NCBI GenBank assembly: GCA_030390025.1
Contig: CM059431.1
Span: 152,582,001-152,646,000, forward strand
Origin: Squalus acanthias
Lineage: Eukaryota
Length of the DNA: 64,000 nt
Direction of reading: 5' to 3'
Below, in pieces: positions 11,480-25,140 of this stretch. The translations under genes and the position numbers were made by a program. The notes under the pieces are model-generated. The model did not search any database. It saw nothing but the letters and a program-made list of their open reading frames with translations, and was not told where the DNA came from. Positions within the stretch are counted from its first letter, which is position 1; the number at the start of each line of letters is the position of its first letter.

Positions 11480-12575
11480 ACGAGCATGGATTCAGATTTG
11501 TTTAACGGAAAGAAAACAGAGAGTAGGAAATACGGGTCATTTTCGGGTTGGCAGGCTGTAACTAGTGGGGTAAAGCAGGGTTCAGTGCTTGGGCCTCAGC
11601 TAATCGTAATCTACATCAGCGATTTGGATGAGGGGACCTGATGTAATATATCCTAGTATGCTGAGGATACAAAGCTGGGTGGGAATGAAAGTTGTGAGGA
11701 GGATACAAGGAGGCTTCAGTGTGATATAGACAGGCTAGGTGAGTGGGCAAGAGCATGGAAAATTGAATATAATGTGGAGAAATGTGAAATTCCGCACTTC
11801 GTTAGGAAAAATAGAAAAACAGAGTATTTTTTAATTGGTGAGTGATTGGGAAATGTTGGTGTTCAGAGGGATATGATGTCCTTGTACTCGAATCACTGCC
11901 AGTTAACATGCAGGTACAGCAACCAATTAGGAAAGCAAATGGAATGTTGGCCTTCATTATGAGAATTTGACTATATGAGTAAAGTCAATTGACTGCAATT
12001 ATATAGGGCCCTGTTGAGACCACACCTGGAGTATTGTGTACAGTTTTGATCTCCTTACCTAAGGAAGGATATACTTGCCATAGAGGGAGTGCAACGAAGG
12101 TTCACAAGACTGGTTCCTGGGCTGGAGGGACAGTCCAATGATTAGAGATTGAGTAGACTAGGACTACATTCTCTAGAGTTTAGAATAATGAGAGGTGATC
12201 TCATTGAAACATACAACATTCTTACAGGGCTTGACAGGGTATATGCAGGGAGGGTGATTCGCCTGACTGGGGTTTCTAGAACCGGGGGTCACAGTCTCAG
12301 AATACGGTATCGGCCATTTAGGACTGAGAGGAGGAGACATTTCTTCACTCATAATGTGGTGAATCTTTGGCATTCTCTACCCAGAGGCCTGTGGAGGCTC
12401 AGTCGTTGAGTATATTCAAGACAGATATCTATAGCTTTTTGAATATTAAGGAAATCAAGGGAAATGGGGATAGTTGAGAAAAGTGGAGATGAGGTAGAAG
12501 ATCAGATATAATCTTCTTGAATGGTGCAGCAGGCTCGAAGGGTGAAATGGCCTGCTCCTGCTCCTATTTCCTATT
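11480..12575 (+). mobile_element. 5'-truncated CR1 inserted within a (GGAT/GAAT)n microsatellite
   Basis: RT fragments ([18 protein letters not shown]; MRGDLIETY). Microsatellite on both sides (to 11472 and 12577-12657). Confidence 0.9.
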
Positions 12576-12657
12576 CGTGGATGAATGTATGAATGAATGG
12601 AACGATGAATGGATGGATGGCTGGATGGATGAATGAATGGATGAATAGATGGATGGA

Positions 12658-15600
12658 ATTCGGGGAGGGAGGTGTGCCTTCCTTTTTCCATCTTTGTCAG
12701 CTTCCTGGTGCGGCGGCGGACCTGCGTGAGACGAGGTGGCGGCAGAGGGTTTAAAAGGCTCCAGAGACCAGGTAAGGCGGGACCAGTCTCCCAACTCGGA
12801 GCGAGGGAGAGAGGTAAAAATAATCGAGGTGTGACGTCACCAGAAAGCAGGTAAGTAATTGGTGGGTGAGTATTTCTCTCTTTTTAAACTTAAACTCTGT
12901 TGGATGTAGTTAATAAGGCCTTTCTGGTGCAGAGTGAGTATTGGTAAACCATTTAACTGGTGTAATTTAGAGGGATTGATTTAATTTAAATCCAATTAAT
13001 TAATTAGCATCTATAATCGGGCAGAGAGTGTCCATAACTATCAATAAAAATAATTAATTACATAGAATGCAGCAGGTGATGTTTTACTGTTGCGAGATGT
13101 GGGAGCCGGTGTACCACATTGAGGCTCACCGTGATTACATCTGTGACAAGTGTCTGCTGCTACAGGAAGTCCAGCTCCGTATTGATGAGCTGGAGTCTGA
13201 GCTTCGGACACTGCGACACATCAGGGAGGGTGAGAAGTACCTGGACCTTGTGTTTCAGGAGGTAGTCACACCTATGAAGTTAATAAATTCAGATGTAGCC
13301 CATGGTCAGGGACAGGACGGTGTGACTACGAGTGAGGCAGGTACGGGGATCCAGGAGGTAGTGTTGGAGGAGCCGCAGCACTTGCTCTTCTCCAACAGGT
13401 TCGAGGTTCTTACTCCCTGTCGGGACGGGAGCAGGGACTGCAGGGAGGATGAGCAACCTGGCCACAGCACCGTGGAACGGGGGGCCATTCAAGAGGGGCG
13501 AGTAAATAGAAATGTTGTAGTGGTAGGGGATACTATTATTAGGGGGATAGATAGAGTTCTCTGCAGCCGAGAGCTAGAGTCCCGTAGGCTGTGTTGCCTG
13601 CCCGGTGCCAGGGTTAAGGACATCTCCTCTGGACTGGAAAGAAACTTGCAGTGGGAGGGGGTGGATCCAGTTATCGTGGTCCATGTTGGTACAAACGACG
13701 TAGATAGGACAAGGAAGCCGGTTCTGTTAAAGGAGTATGAGCAGCTAGGGGTCAAATTAAAAAACAGAACCTCAAGGGTAATAATCTCTGGATTATTACC
13801 TGAGCCACGAGCGAATTTGGCTAGGACAAATAAAATTAGAGAGTTAAATGAGTGGCTTAAAGACTGGTGTGGGAGAAATGGTTTTGCTTCCTTGGACACT
13901 GGCACCAGTACTGGGGCAGGAGGGAGCTGTTCCGTTGGGACGGGCTTCACTTGGCCAGTGCTGGGACTAGAGTCCTGGCGGATCATATAACTAGGGCTGT
14001 AGAGAGGGATTTAAACTAACTAGTGGGGGGGGGAGGTTCCTTCATAGCAAATAATAAAAAGGACAAGAGAGAAGGTCATAGACTAAGGTAGCAGTGGGGA
14101 AATTAAAAACTAGAGTGTGTCAGGAAGGGGCAGAAGGTATGGTGTAAAAGGTAAAGTAATAAAAAGTGCAACAACAGGAACTAAGTGTCACAAAACATAT
14201 TTGAAAGTTCTCTATCTGAATGCACGTAGCATTCGTAACAAAATCGACGAGTAAATGGCACAAATAACTACATATGGGTATGATCTTGTGGCCATTACAG
14301 AAACATGGCTGCAGGGTGTCAATACCTGGGAATTAAACATACCAGGTTATTTAACGATCAGGAATGACAGGCTGGAAGGAAGGGGTGGTGGGTGGCTATG
14401 TTAATAAAGGAAGGAATCACTGTAATACAGATAAATGATATTGGGTCAAAAGATCAGAATAATGAAACAGTTTGGGAGGAGATAAGGAATAATAAGGGGA
14501 AAAAACACTAGTGGGCGTAGTCTATAGGCCTCCGAATAGTTGCAACTCTGTTGGACGGAGTATCAATCAGGAAATAGTTGAGGCTTGTAATAAGGGAACA
14601 TCTATAATTATGGGAGGTTTTAACTATCATATTAATTGGACAAATCAAATTGGGCAGGGCTGCCTTGAGGATGAGTTCACTGAGTGAATTAGGGATGGGT
14701 TTCTTGAGCAGTATGTAACTGAACCGACCAGGGGGCAAGCAACCTTAGATCTGGTCCTGTGTAACGAGACAGGATTAATTAAAAATGTCCTAGTAAAGGA
14801 TCCCCTTGGAATGAGTGACCATAACATGGTTGAATTCCATATTCAATTAAAGTGTGAGAAGGTTGGATCTCAAACAAGCGTGCTAAGCTTGAATAAAGGA
14901 GACTATGAAGGTATGTGAGCGGAATTTAGCAGAGTGGATTGGGAAAATAGATTAAAGATTAAGACGATACATGATCAGTGGTGTACATTTAAAGAGTTAT
15001 TTTACAACTTCCAAAAAATATATATTCCACAGAGAAGAAAAGGGTGTAAAAGAAAAGACAGTCATCCGTGGCTAAGTAAAGAAATTAAGGATAGTATTCG
15101 ACTAAAAACGAAGACTTATAAGGTAGCCAAATCTAGTGGGAGGATAGAGGATTGGTAAAACTTTAAAAGACAGCAAAAAATATCAAAAAGATTGATTAAG
15201 AAAGGGAAGATAGATTAGAAAGTAAATTAGCAAAACATATAAAAACAGATAGTAAGAGTTTTTATAGTTATATAAAAAGAAAAAGGGTGTCTAAAGTAAA
15301 TGTTGGTCCCTTGGAGGATGAGACCGGGAAATTAAAATGTGGGAAATATGGAGATGGCAAATACACTGAATGAATATTTTGTATCAGTCTTTACAGTAGA
15401 GGACACTAAGAATATCCCAACACTGGACAAACAGGGGGCTATAGAGGGGGAAGAGCGAAACACGATCAAAATCACTAAGGAAGTGGTACTCGGCAAAATA
15501 ATGGGACTCAAGGCTGATAAATCACCTGGACCTGATGGCTTACATCCTAGGGTCTTGAGGGCAGTGGCGGTAGGGATTGTGGATGCATTGGTAATAATTT

Positions 15601-17243
15601 TTCAAAACTCCCTGGACTCAGCAAAGATCCCGGCAGACTGGAAAACTGCTAAAGTAACACCCTTATTTAAAAAGGGCAGTAGACAGAAGGCTGGAAGCTA
15701 TAGACCGGTTAGCCTAACATCTGTGGTAGGTAAAATTTTGGAGTCCATTATTAAGGAGACAGTAACGGGACATTTGGATAGTCATAATTTAATAGGACAA
15801 AGTCAGCATGGTTTTATGAAGGGGAAGTCATGTTTGACAAATTTGCTGGAGTTGTTTGAGGAAGTAACGCACAGGGTGAATAAAGGGGAACCAGTGGATG
15901 TGGTGTATTTAGACTTCCAAAAGGCATTTGACAAGGTGCCACATAAAATATTATTGCTTAAGATAAAAAAACACGGGATTGGAGGTAATATTCTGGCATG
16001 GATAGAGGATTGGCTATCTAACAGAAGGCAGAGAGTTGGGATAAATGGTTCATTCTCAGACTGGCAATCAGTATCTAGTGGAGTTCTGCAGGGGTCAGTG
16101 CTGGGTCCCCAACTCTTTACAACCTGTAATAACGATTTGGAGGAGGGGACCGAGGTTAACATATCAAAGTTTGCAGATGATACTAAGATGGGAGGGAAAG
16201 TAATGAGTGAGGAGGACATAAAAAATCTGCAAGCGGACATAGACAGGCTAAGGAAGTGGGCAGAGATTTGGCAGATGGAATACAATACTGGAAAGTGAGA
16301 GGTTATGCACTTTGACAGGAAAAATAGTAGAGCAAGTTATTATCTAAATGGCAAGAAACTGGAAAGTACTGAAGTACAAAGGGATCTGGTGGTCCTGGTG
16401 CACGAAACTCAAAAGGTTAGTATGCAGGATCAGCAAGTGATTAAGAAGGCCAATGGAATGTTGGCTTTCTGTGCTAAGGGGATAGAATATAAAAATAGGG
16501 AGGTATTGCTTCAGTTGTATAAGGTATTGGTGAGACCGCACCTGGAATACTGCATACAGTTTTGGTGTCCACACTTAAGAAAAGACATACTTGCTCTCGA
16601 GTCAGTACAAAGAAGGTTCACTCGGTTAATCCCGGGGATGAGGGGATGGACCTATGAGGAGAGGTTCGGTAGATTGGGACTCTACTTATTGTAGTTCAGA
16701 AGAATGAGAGGCGATCTTATTGAAACATATAAGATTGTGAAGGGGTGGGATAGGGTGGATTCGGGGAGGATGTTCCCGATGATGGGTGAAACTAGAACTA
16801 GGGGGCATAGTCTTAAAATAAGGGGCTGCTCTTTCAAAACTGAGATGAGAACGAACTACTTCACTCAGAGTGTGGTAGGTCAATGGAATATGCTGCCCCA
16901 AAAAGTTGTAGAAGCTACATCACTACTTACATTTAAAACAGAAATAGACAGTTTAATAGAAGTAAAGGGAATTAAGGGTTACGAGGAGCGGGCAGGAATT
17001 TGGACATGGGTCTAGGTTCGGATCGGTCATGGCCCTCTGGGTAGCGTAGCGGGCCCAGGGTCCGTGTAGCCTGATCCTGCTCCTAATTCGTGTGTCCAAT
17101 TCTGTTAGGTTCAGGAGATGGTTCTGTAATAGTAGATTGGCGGTCAGTATCAGATTAGCCATGATCTTATTGAATGGCGGAGCAGGCTCGAGGGGCCAAT
17201 TGGCCTACTCCTGCTCCTATTTCTTATGTGCTTATGTTCTTAT
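12658..17243 (+). mobile_element. Near full-length CR1 LINE: 5'UTR, ORF1 (Zn finger/leucine zipper + SGNH esterase), ORF2 (APE endonuclease + RT), doubled 3' tail; disrupted
   Basis: ORF1 13067.. has CxxC, a heptad repeat, VVVGDTIIRG and HVGTND, with a frameshift near 13885 (original stop ~14017-14019). ORF2 pieces include LYLNARSIRNK, 15339..16298, 16305..16694 and 16704..17015. (cttatgtt)n tail. Confidence 0.95.
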
Positions 17244-18799
17244 AAATACTCTAATGCCAACACAGGAGGCATTGTAAGGAAAGGGTTAATCCGTCTGACG
17301 TCTGCTATTGTTATACCTTTTTGGTATTTCTTTGTATGTTCGGAATTTTATCTTTTAGCCGTTTCCTGTTAAGCAGGGAAGCGAAAGTCTATTTACGGTA
17401 CCACTGGAATTTTGTGCAAGGGCTGACCCTGCAGGAATGTCAGTTTCATGCTGAAGTAATCAAAGATGTAATTGAAGACCTGCCACTTCAAATTAATTCA
17501 TAAATATCAGAGACATGGAATAATTTGAGAATAGTGCAGGAACGTGTTAGTTATGCAAATTAAATTATCTGGGAACACATCAACAGTTTTAATTGGTTCA
17601 AATGATGTAGAAACAAATACAGACTTATAATTAAAGGTTCCAATGGTTGGAACTGCAACTATATGGTTCAAGAGTGAGACGATCAATACACAATGAACTA
17701 AATCAATTATACTCGTCAAACCAATGGAAAAATAAACGCATTAAGTAAGGAAAAGTATAGTTATAGATCAAATTAAGTGCTTTAAATGGTGCTGATTTAG
17801 AGTTGTATTTAATATTTATATACTTATGTAATCCACAATTGCGTGGATTGCTGCGTAGAGCGAATGGGCGATATGTATAAAAACGCTGTTTGTAATCAGT
17901 GTTCGGATTTGTAAAGGCCTCAGCTACTGAGCTCAGAACTATAACACGTTTAAATCCACAATCAACCATCATCAGTTGTGGTTGCAAGTAGTCACTTTTA
18001 AGTAACTGTTTCAATACTATTGCATGCACCGTATGCTCAATAAACCTGTGACAACTCACTTTAATGTTCAAGAACCTTATTGAAAGCCTGTCGCCAGCAA
18101 TAGCCTCAATACTTTAGTTGCCCGCGTGCAGCTCATGCACTGCCAATCCGGCTGGCATCCAGTTTCTGGGGGAAGTGGTTATGATTTGCGGACATTTCTG
18201 TGTAATAGGCATATTCTCACTTAACATCCAACAGGGTACTCGTGTTCACACGCAGTGATCACTTGTACAGCAATGTTTTTGTTTTAATCTCTCAGTAAGA
18301 ATGGTTGGGTTCGAGCCATATCCGAGAGAGCCTCAGTGAGAGGCTCTGAACACCCAGCGCAGGTACTGGCATTCAATCTGTGTAGGTGCACGTCCACAGT
18401 TTGGGGAAGGTGGCGCTCTTTAGCCTTGGTTATTGATTATCAAGGAGAATATATTCTATTTTACAGGATTAATTTTAACTTTGAGCGATGGTGCAATATA
18501 TACGATATCAAATGAACCGCCCTGTGTGCACCACGGGCCATTTTCCTTTCTATTGAATTCAATGGAAGGGGAAATCGAGCATGATGATTCTCGAACTCGC
18601 CATGAAGGGATGTTTTTTTGAATTCAAGAGGGAACGGATTTATTCAGAAGACGTATGGTGTAAGGAAATACAAATACCAAGAAAACATTTAAAATTAGGG
18701 CATTACCTTCAGCACAGAGGCTAGTAAAGGGAGACTTGGTGCAGGTTGTCTAAAATTATGAAGGGACGGAACAGAGTAAAGAGAAACAGGTGGTCATCT

Positions 18800-18947
18800 T
18801 AACCTAAGTCGCCGGTCGGGAAACCCACCAGTTTGGTTCAAACGCTGGTTTTACCCAACTCAATATTACTCCGCATTCACTTCAAAGGAGAGTGAAATCG
18901 GGCCGGGTGTAAAACCGGCGTTCAATTTTCCGATTGGCGGGTTCGGT
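18800..18947. mobile_element. Short palindromic MITE (family with central cattgaagtcaatg-like axis); related degenerate copies at ~18510-18600, 21740-21860, 22930-23080, 26090-26185 and 59510-59730
   Basis: aacgctggttttaccc...cattcacttcaaag...gggtgtaaaaccggcgtt inverted symmetry. Confidence 0.6.
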
Positions 18948-19077
18948 TAGCATTGCTCCCTAGTTCCAGTGGTCCAGATGTCTCGAAGAAACAACATAGA
19001 TATAAGATTAAATGTAAGGTTTTTGGGACAGAGGGCAGGATAAACTTTATAGTTTTTGAAAGCTTTTCAGAATAATT

Positions 19078-19804
19078 TGTCCGTGACTACACAAACCACT
19101 CCGGGTACAGGTATATTGTGTATCACTAAAACAGGTTTATTAAGTATTAACCATCCAGTACAAAGAAGTAATACTTAACAAGTAGAGAGTCGCGGTCTGT
19201 TCATTGAACCCCGGCGTTCCTTCCCAGTGACTTGCCGTGGTCTCTTTATTCTCTTGCTGTGTTCTGTTGACTGAAGTTTCTTCTTCCTCTCGCTTCGTGC
19301 TTCTTTCGATGTTCAATACCTCGACATTTATACCCTTTTTCCTCCGTTTTTGCCTACGTGGCAGTAACTAGCTCTCTAACACCTGGTAATTGACCCCCCT
19401 CTCCTTGACAGTCATCTTATGATCTTCTTAATCCCACTAGGCCTCTTTCTGTGCATAATAAGATCTAAGAATTCCACTTTACCGAACATTTTTGAGGTGT
19501 TTTCTAAACAGTTTGTCTATTCTGCAGTTTCTTAAGTGAAGACTGTCTCTAACTCCAATCTCTCTCCTCTAGCTCTTATCTCTTCTTCTAACATTACTGA
19601 ATTCCATGTCTCCTACAGTCTCTGTGTTTACTTAACACAACATTCCATTACTTCAGCATATTCTAACAGAGTTTAGCCAGGTTGGCATAATTTCCCATCC
19701 TGCTTTGCTTCTCAGCCATTCGCCATTTTGGACAGGCTTTTTAGGTTTTTAAAGTACAATTTCACATATTACAGTTATATATTAATGATTACAAAATCTT
19801 AACA
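19078..19804 (-). mobile_element. Probable solo LTR (TG...CA)
   Basis: Minus strand begins tgttaag and ends ...cggaca. TATAAA (rc of 19327-19332) precedes AATAAA (rc of 19137-19142) in LTR order. No clean TSD. Confidence 0.45.
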
Positions 19805-20289
19805 ATGTTTACTAAATTCTACAGGTACACTCTATCCTGCAACCTTTTTAACCAGAGCGTTGTGAGACTACCCAAGGCAGAATGGAATTAGGTTTTGAAG
19901 CCCAGACCATGGGGAGCAATTTTAACTGTGGGCACTTTCGGGGTGAGTGTCCGGGAAACCCCCATGTTGAGCTCAGCGTGGAGCAGGGGGAATTTAAGTC
20001 ATTTTTTAATCCAGGACAGTTTCCCACCCAAAACTGGTGGAAGTCACTACAGCACTCGTCGGCGGGAGCGAAGATCGGGTTGTGAAACCAGGACAGTCGG
20101 AGGTATGGGAATGGCCCCGGCATAAAATCAATATTGGGTAGTAGATTGAGAAACCGATGTGGGCGCTTGGAAGGAGAGGTAAGTCTAGAGTTGGGGATGA
20201 ATAAGAATTCCTTGCAGGGCCCAAGGAAGCATTCCTGCTGCTCCTGGCCTTACTATGATTTCACAGTTGAGTGACTTTGCAAAACTTAC

Positions 20290-21720
20290 GTTAGCTTCTG
20301 CTGGCCACTGCATAGGATATACGGCACAGAAACAGGCCATATGGCCCAGCCAGTTCATGCCGGCGTTTAGGCTCCACTCAAGACTCCTCCGGTCTTTCCT
20401 CATCCAACTCTGTCTGCATAACCCTCTGTTCCATTCTCCCACTATCCTCCCCTTAAATGCATCTATACTGTATACCTCAACTAATCCATGTGGTTGCCAG
20501 ATCCACATTATCTCCACGCTCTGGGTAAAGAAGTTTCTTCTGAATTCCTTATTTGATTTCTTGGTGACTGTCACATATTGATGGCCTCTAGTTGTGCTCT
20601 TCCCCAAAAGTGCAAACACGCTCTCTTTATCTACGCTATCAAAACCTTTCATAATTTTAAAGGCTTCAATTAGGTCACCCCTCAGCCTTCATTTTTGAAG
20701 CGAAAAGAAACCCAGCCTGCTCATCCTTTCCTGATAGGTATACCGTCGCATTTCTGGTATCATCCTTGGAAATCTTCTCTGCACCCTTTCCAGTGCCTCT
20801 ATATCATCATTATAATATGGCGAGCAGAATTGTACGCAGTACTCCAAGAATGGTCTAACCAGGGTTCGATACAAGTTTAGCATCACTTCACTACTTTTCA
20901 AATCTTTCACTCTAGAAATAAACCCAAGTGGCTGGTTTGCTTTGTTATGGCCTTGTTAACCTGTGTCACTACTTTCAGTGATTTGTGTATTTGTACTCCG
21001 AGATCCCGTTGCTCCTCCACCCCACCCAGACTCGCACCCTCCAAGTAAAAAGTGAGCTCCCTATTCTTCCTACCAAAATGTTATACCTCACATTTATCTG
21101 TGTTGAATTTCATTTGCCAATTATATGCCCATTCTTGAAGTTCCTTAATGTCTTCCTGTAATTTGTTTTAGTCCTCCATAGTATTAACTATCCCCGCCAA
21201 TTTGGTGACATCCACAAATTTAGAAATTGTGTTTTTGATCCCAAATCCTAAATAATTAATATAAATTGTGAACAAGCGTGGTCGCAGCACTGATCCTTGT
21301 GGAACACACTACCCACCTTCTGCCACTGTGAATAGCTACCATTTACTCCTACTCTCAGCTGCCTGTCTTGAAGCCAGCTAGCTATCCATTCTGCTACTTG
21401 TCCCTGACTCCTCATTCGCTGACCTTATTCATCTGTCTATTATGTGGTACCTTATCGAAGGCCTTTTGAAAATCTAGATATATTAAATCTACTGCATTAC
21501 CCTTGTCTATTGTCTCTGTTACCACTTCAAAAAAATCAATGAGTTTGGTCAAGCAAGACTTTCGCTTTTGAAATCCATACTGACAATTCATTATTATATG
21601 TTTGGCTTCTAGATGCTCATGTATTTTATCCTATAGTAGGGATTCCATTATTTTTCCAACCACCGACGTTAAGCTTACATGTCTATAGTTCGCTGGACAT
21701 GTTCTATCGCCCATCTTATT
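20290..21720 (-). mobile_element. CR1 LINE RT/3' fragment, older subfamily
   Basis: ORFs 20689..20910 (LYRTLVRPFLEYCVQF) and 20185..20652. Confidence 0.9.
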
Positions 21721-24168
21721 TTCGATGTGGTTTTGCTAATAATATGCCACAAACCAGAAGCCTTTGTGTTGAAGTCAATAAAAGGGAAAATCAGGCGAGG
21801 CCTATTATTGGAGTCCAATTCAATATTCCTCATTTTACACAATAGCCCAAAGTTAAATCGGATCTCAAAATTTCTTCCCCACGACGATGACGTCACCGGG
21901 CCGTTAAATGTTGATGTAAAGCAGATCCCTTACTGCCGTGAACAGGCGACCGTCCCGTGCCTCGTTTAATGAATGTCATGATGCTACGCGATGGGAACGA
22001 TTCGGAATTCTGGCACAATTCACTTGCCCACCAATTTAACTCTCCCCCGCTCGCACTGACACCGCGGGGCCGCGAGAGATTTAAGTCCACCTCCATAAAT
22101 GTACCAATCAACTTCTGCAGGGGAGCAAAATATAATGTAATGGGTCAGCGGCCCATTATGCACCCGCACAATTTTCAATCCCATTGAAATCTATATTGAA
22201 GAAGGGGTTAGATGGAAGGTTGAAGAAAGAAGGGTGAAGAAATATTGAACAGAGGCTGGCCAGCTAGTAAAAACCTGGAATTGTAGTAGAAATCTGGAGC
22301 TGTAGTATCAACCTGGAATTAGAGTAGAATTCTGGAATTGCAGTAAAAATCTGTGGGTCGCTCTCCCAAAAGTTTTTGGATAGCGGGGACAATTGAAGCT
22401 TTCAAGACTGAGATCGATAGATTGTTGGTGGCTAGGAGTATGAAGAGACATGGTGCTTAATCAGATAACTGAAGTTGAGATGCACATCAGTCATGATCTA
22501 ATTGAATGGGGGAGCAGGCTCGAAGACCTCAATGGCCTCACCTGTCCTTATGTAATCTTCCAAATAAATGTCAATGATTAGCATTCGGGCTGTAGAGAGA
22601 AATCTACGCCAGTGAGTGTGTTTCACAGGTAGTGGAGGTGAATCATAAGTTATTGAGAGCTGCTTAATGACGGCCAGATTCTTCAGATTTTTTATTTGTG
22701 TTGATTTATTATTACTGAAGCGGCAATGCAGGTGTGACCCTCGGCAGTGCGTGTAGGGGAGCAATCCAACTGTTGAAGCCATCACGGCCGATTCAGATCT
22801 GTACTCGGACACGGACAGCTGAGGCTCTGCCACCCAGGTTGAAGTTCAATCACCCCAGCTAGTGAAGCCCCATCTAAGGCTGCCATCTGCAGCTTAACTG
22901 CCTCTCCCTCTGACAGCAGCAAGTCACCAGACGGGAAAGTGACCGAATCTGATGCAACGCTGGTTATACATCCTGCCCGATTTTAGTCAATGGACAGTAA
23001 TATTGGGCGATGTGTAAAACTAGCGTTCCTCCCTATCCCGTCAGTCTCTCGTCGGGCGAGATAGTTAAACATTACCCCCACTTAACGTCATCTCCCTTTG
23101 AAGTTGTCTGGTGTGGTTTAATTTCCCAACATGTTATGTTGGTATTTCAGGACTGCCCGTCTATATTTGAATATGATATTGATCTTAATTTTGTGGTGTT
23201 GATACTTATTTAAATGGCAGAAAGAAGTCGGCTGCCAACGGATGTTTAGGAGCATTTCAGATAGCTCGCTGGGCTTCCGATTCCTTCTGATTTTAAAGGT
23301 TTTTGAATACACTTTTTTGGTTGAGGTAGCCTAGTGGACATGAACCAACAATATGATAATCGGTATTGGTGGACACCAGCTTTCATTGAATGGCCACACA
23401 GAACATCTGAAAGGAAAGCAGAACATTGAGCAATCTGACCTTTCTGGGGTCAAAAGGTAAATCAAATTATCTGATCCCCGTTGATATTATAAGGTGGAGG
23501 GTGGACCTGATTTACAATCCAACGTAAGCAGCGTTACTCATTCATATGGAACATACCATGACAAGATCTGGAATGAGATTCGATCCAAGGTCCCATTTGT
23601 CCTCTTAGGTGAATGTAAAAATCACATGGTACTTTGTGGAGGACCTGGGGTGCTCTCCTGGTGTCCATACCTACATATATATCTCAACCAAAATCACTCA
23701 AAACAGATTATCTGATCATTTTTCTCTTTGCCATATGACAACAGTGACTAACTTCAAAAAGTACTTGGTTGGCAGTACACCATTTGGTTTGGCCTGAGGT
23801 CCTCAATGGCGCAGTAAAATAATGCCTCTTTAATTTGTTTCTGTACATTTACAGACTGGCACTTATCACCTAACGCATGTGAAAAATATACATAAGTAAC
23901 TCTTGTTCGATCAAAGTCAGGTGTCTTTTTAGATTTTATGTTTCAATCTGTGAAATAGCTCTATAAAATGTTGTTGTCGATCAGTGGAAACTGAAAACAG
24001 CAGATTAGGTGATGGCTGAAATAACAGGGACTAATTGGGGTTATGCAACATGTCTGTCCCATTGGAGCATACCATGATGTATATATATATGTGTTATCTT
24101 GGAAAGCATCGTGTCAGCACAGCCGTGAGACTCAGTGTACAAACAAAAATCATCTCGTCGCACGTAAA

Positions 24169-24238
24169 ATGAGATTGCAGACATTTCTATTGGCGAAACG
24201 TATTTATTATCCCATCCTTTCAGCCGTCGGTACCCCTG
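24169..24238 (+). CDS. GPR139-like GPCR, exon 1 (MRLQTFLLAKRIYYPILSAVGTP)
   Basis: ATG 24169, IYYPIL..VG.P motif typical of the family, phase-1 donor cctg|gtaaat. TA-rich run at ~24080 upstream. Confidence 0.85.
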
Positions 24239-24557
24239 GTAAATCATTAAAATATTTGCATTTGCTTTAGAACTTGTCGAACTGTAACCCTGCTGGTTCT
24301 GTGATAATGAAACATTTTTACCTGGATGTCTCCATTATCTAAGACTAGAAATCACTGTTACCAATTATAACCCGCCTATATCAGAATGTTATTTAAGAAT
24401 ACCCCCTCGGAACAACAGCAGCAATTAAATGTGGGGTAGAAAATCATTTTTGGGAGGCAACACAAAATGTGTGAGAAAGCATGGGCCGCCTGTTGCAACC
24501 GACGCCCCATTTTTAGTTCCATTGCAGTTTGCGAAACTCAATATTAGGCGGAATATT

Positions 24558-25140
24558 GGCAGAACACCTCCGTTCAGTCCGTGTGCGTGACCCCGAGATT
24601 CTGGTCGCCTATCACTTTAACTTTAATTCTCCACTCCACTCCCACTTTGATCTCTCCGTCCTCGGACTCTTACACTGTTCCAACGAAGCTCAACGTAAGC
24701 TCGAGGTACAGCACCTCATCTTTCGATTCGGCACTTTATAGCCTTCTGGACTCAACATCGAGTTTAACAATTTCAGACTGTACCCTCGGCCCCGATGTTT
24801 TCTTCTTTCTCTCACAGGACAGCTGTTGATGATTCTGCCATTGCCATTTACACCTCATCTAGAATCATCTTTTTTTCCTTAACGTGTCCCATTAGCATCT
24901 CCTTTGCACCATCATCCCTTTTGTTTTTTAATTTATCTGCCTCATATCCTATCACAGACCTTCCCTTTGTTCTTTCCTCCCCTCCTCCCTTTCCCTAATC
25001 CATACTTGCTTAAAAATCTGTCACTTATCCAACTATTTTCCAGTTCTGACGAAGGGTCAACAACCTGAAACGTTAACTCTGTTACTCTCTCCGCGATGCT
25101 GCCTGACCTGTTGAGTGTTTCCAGCATTTTCTGTTTTTAT
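24558..25140 (+). mobile_element. 5'-truncated Penelope-like element (GIY-YIG C-terminus + 3'UTR/pLTR)
   Basis: AEHLRSVR...HFN...CSNEAQRKLEVQHLIFRFGTL, homologous to 46250-46850. Confidence 0.9.
25042..25078 (+). ncRNA. Minimal type I hammerhead ribozyme motif in the Penelope pLTR
   Basis: agtt-CTGACGA-agggtcaacaacct-GAAA-CGTT-aact: stem I agtt/aact, conserved core, palindromic AACGTT in place of stem III. Confidence 0.75.

Noticed and set aside
10651-11641. ORFs spanning the microsatellites
   Set aside because: Artefacts of N gaps and simple repeats.
17507-18071. Overlapping minus-strand ORFs as a viral relic or the missing GCNT 5' exon
   Set aside because: No GT14 or viral motifs recognised; short AT-rich frames consistent with chance.
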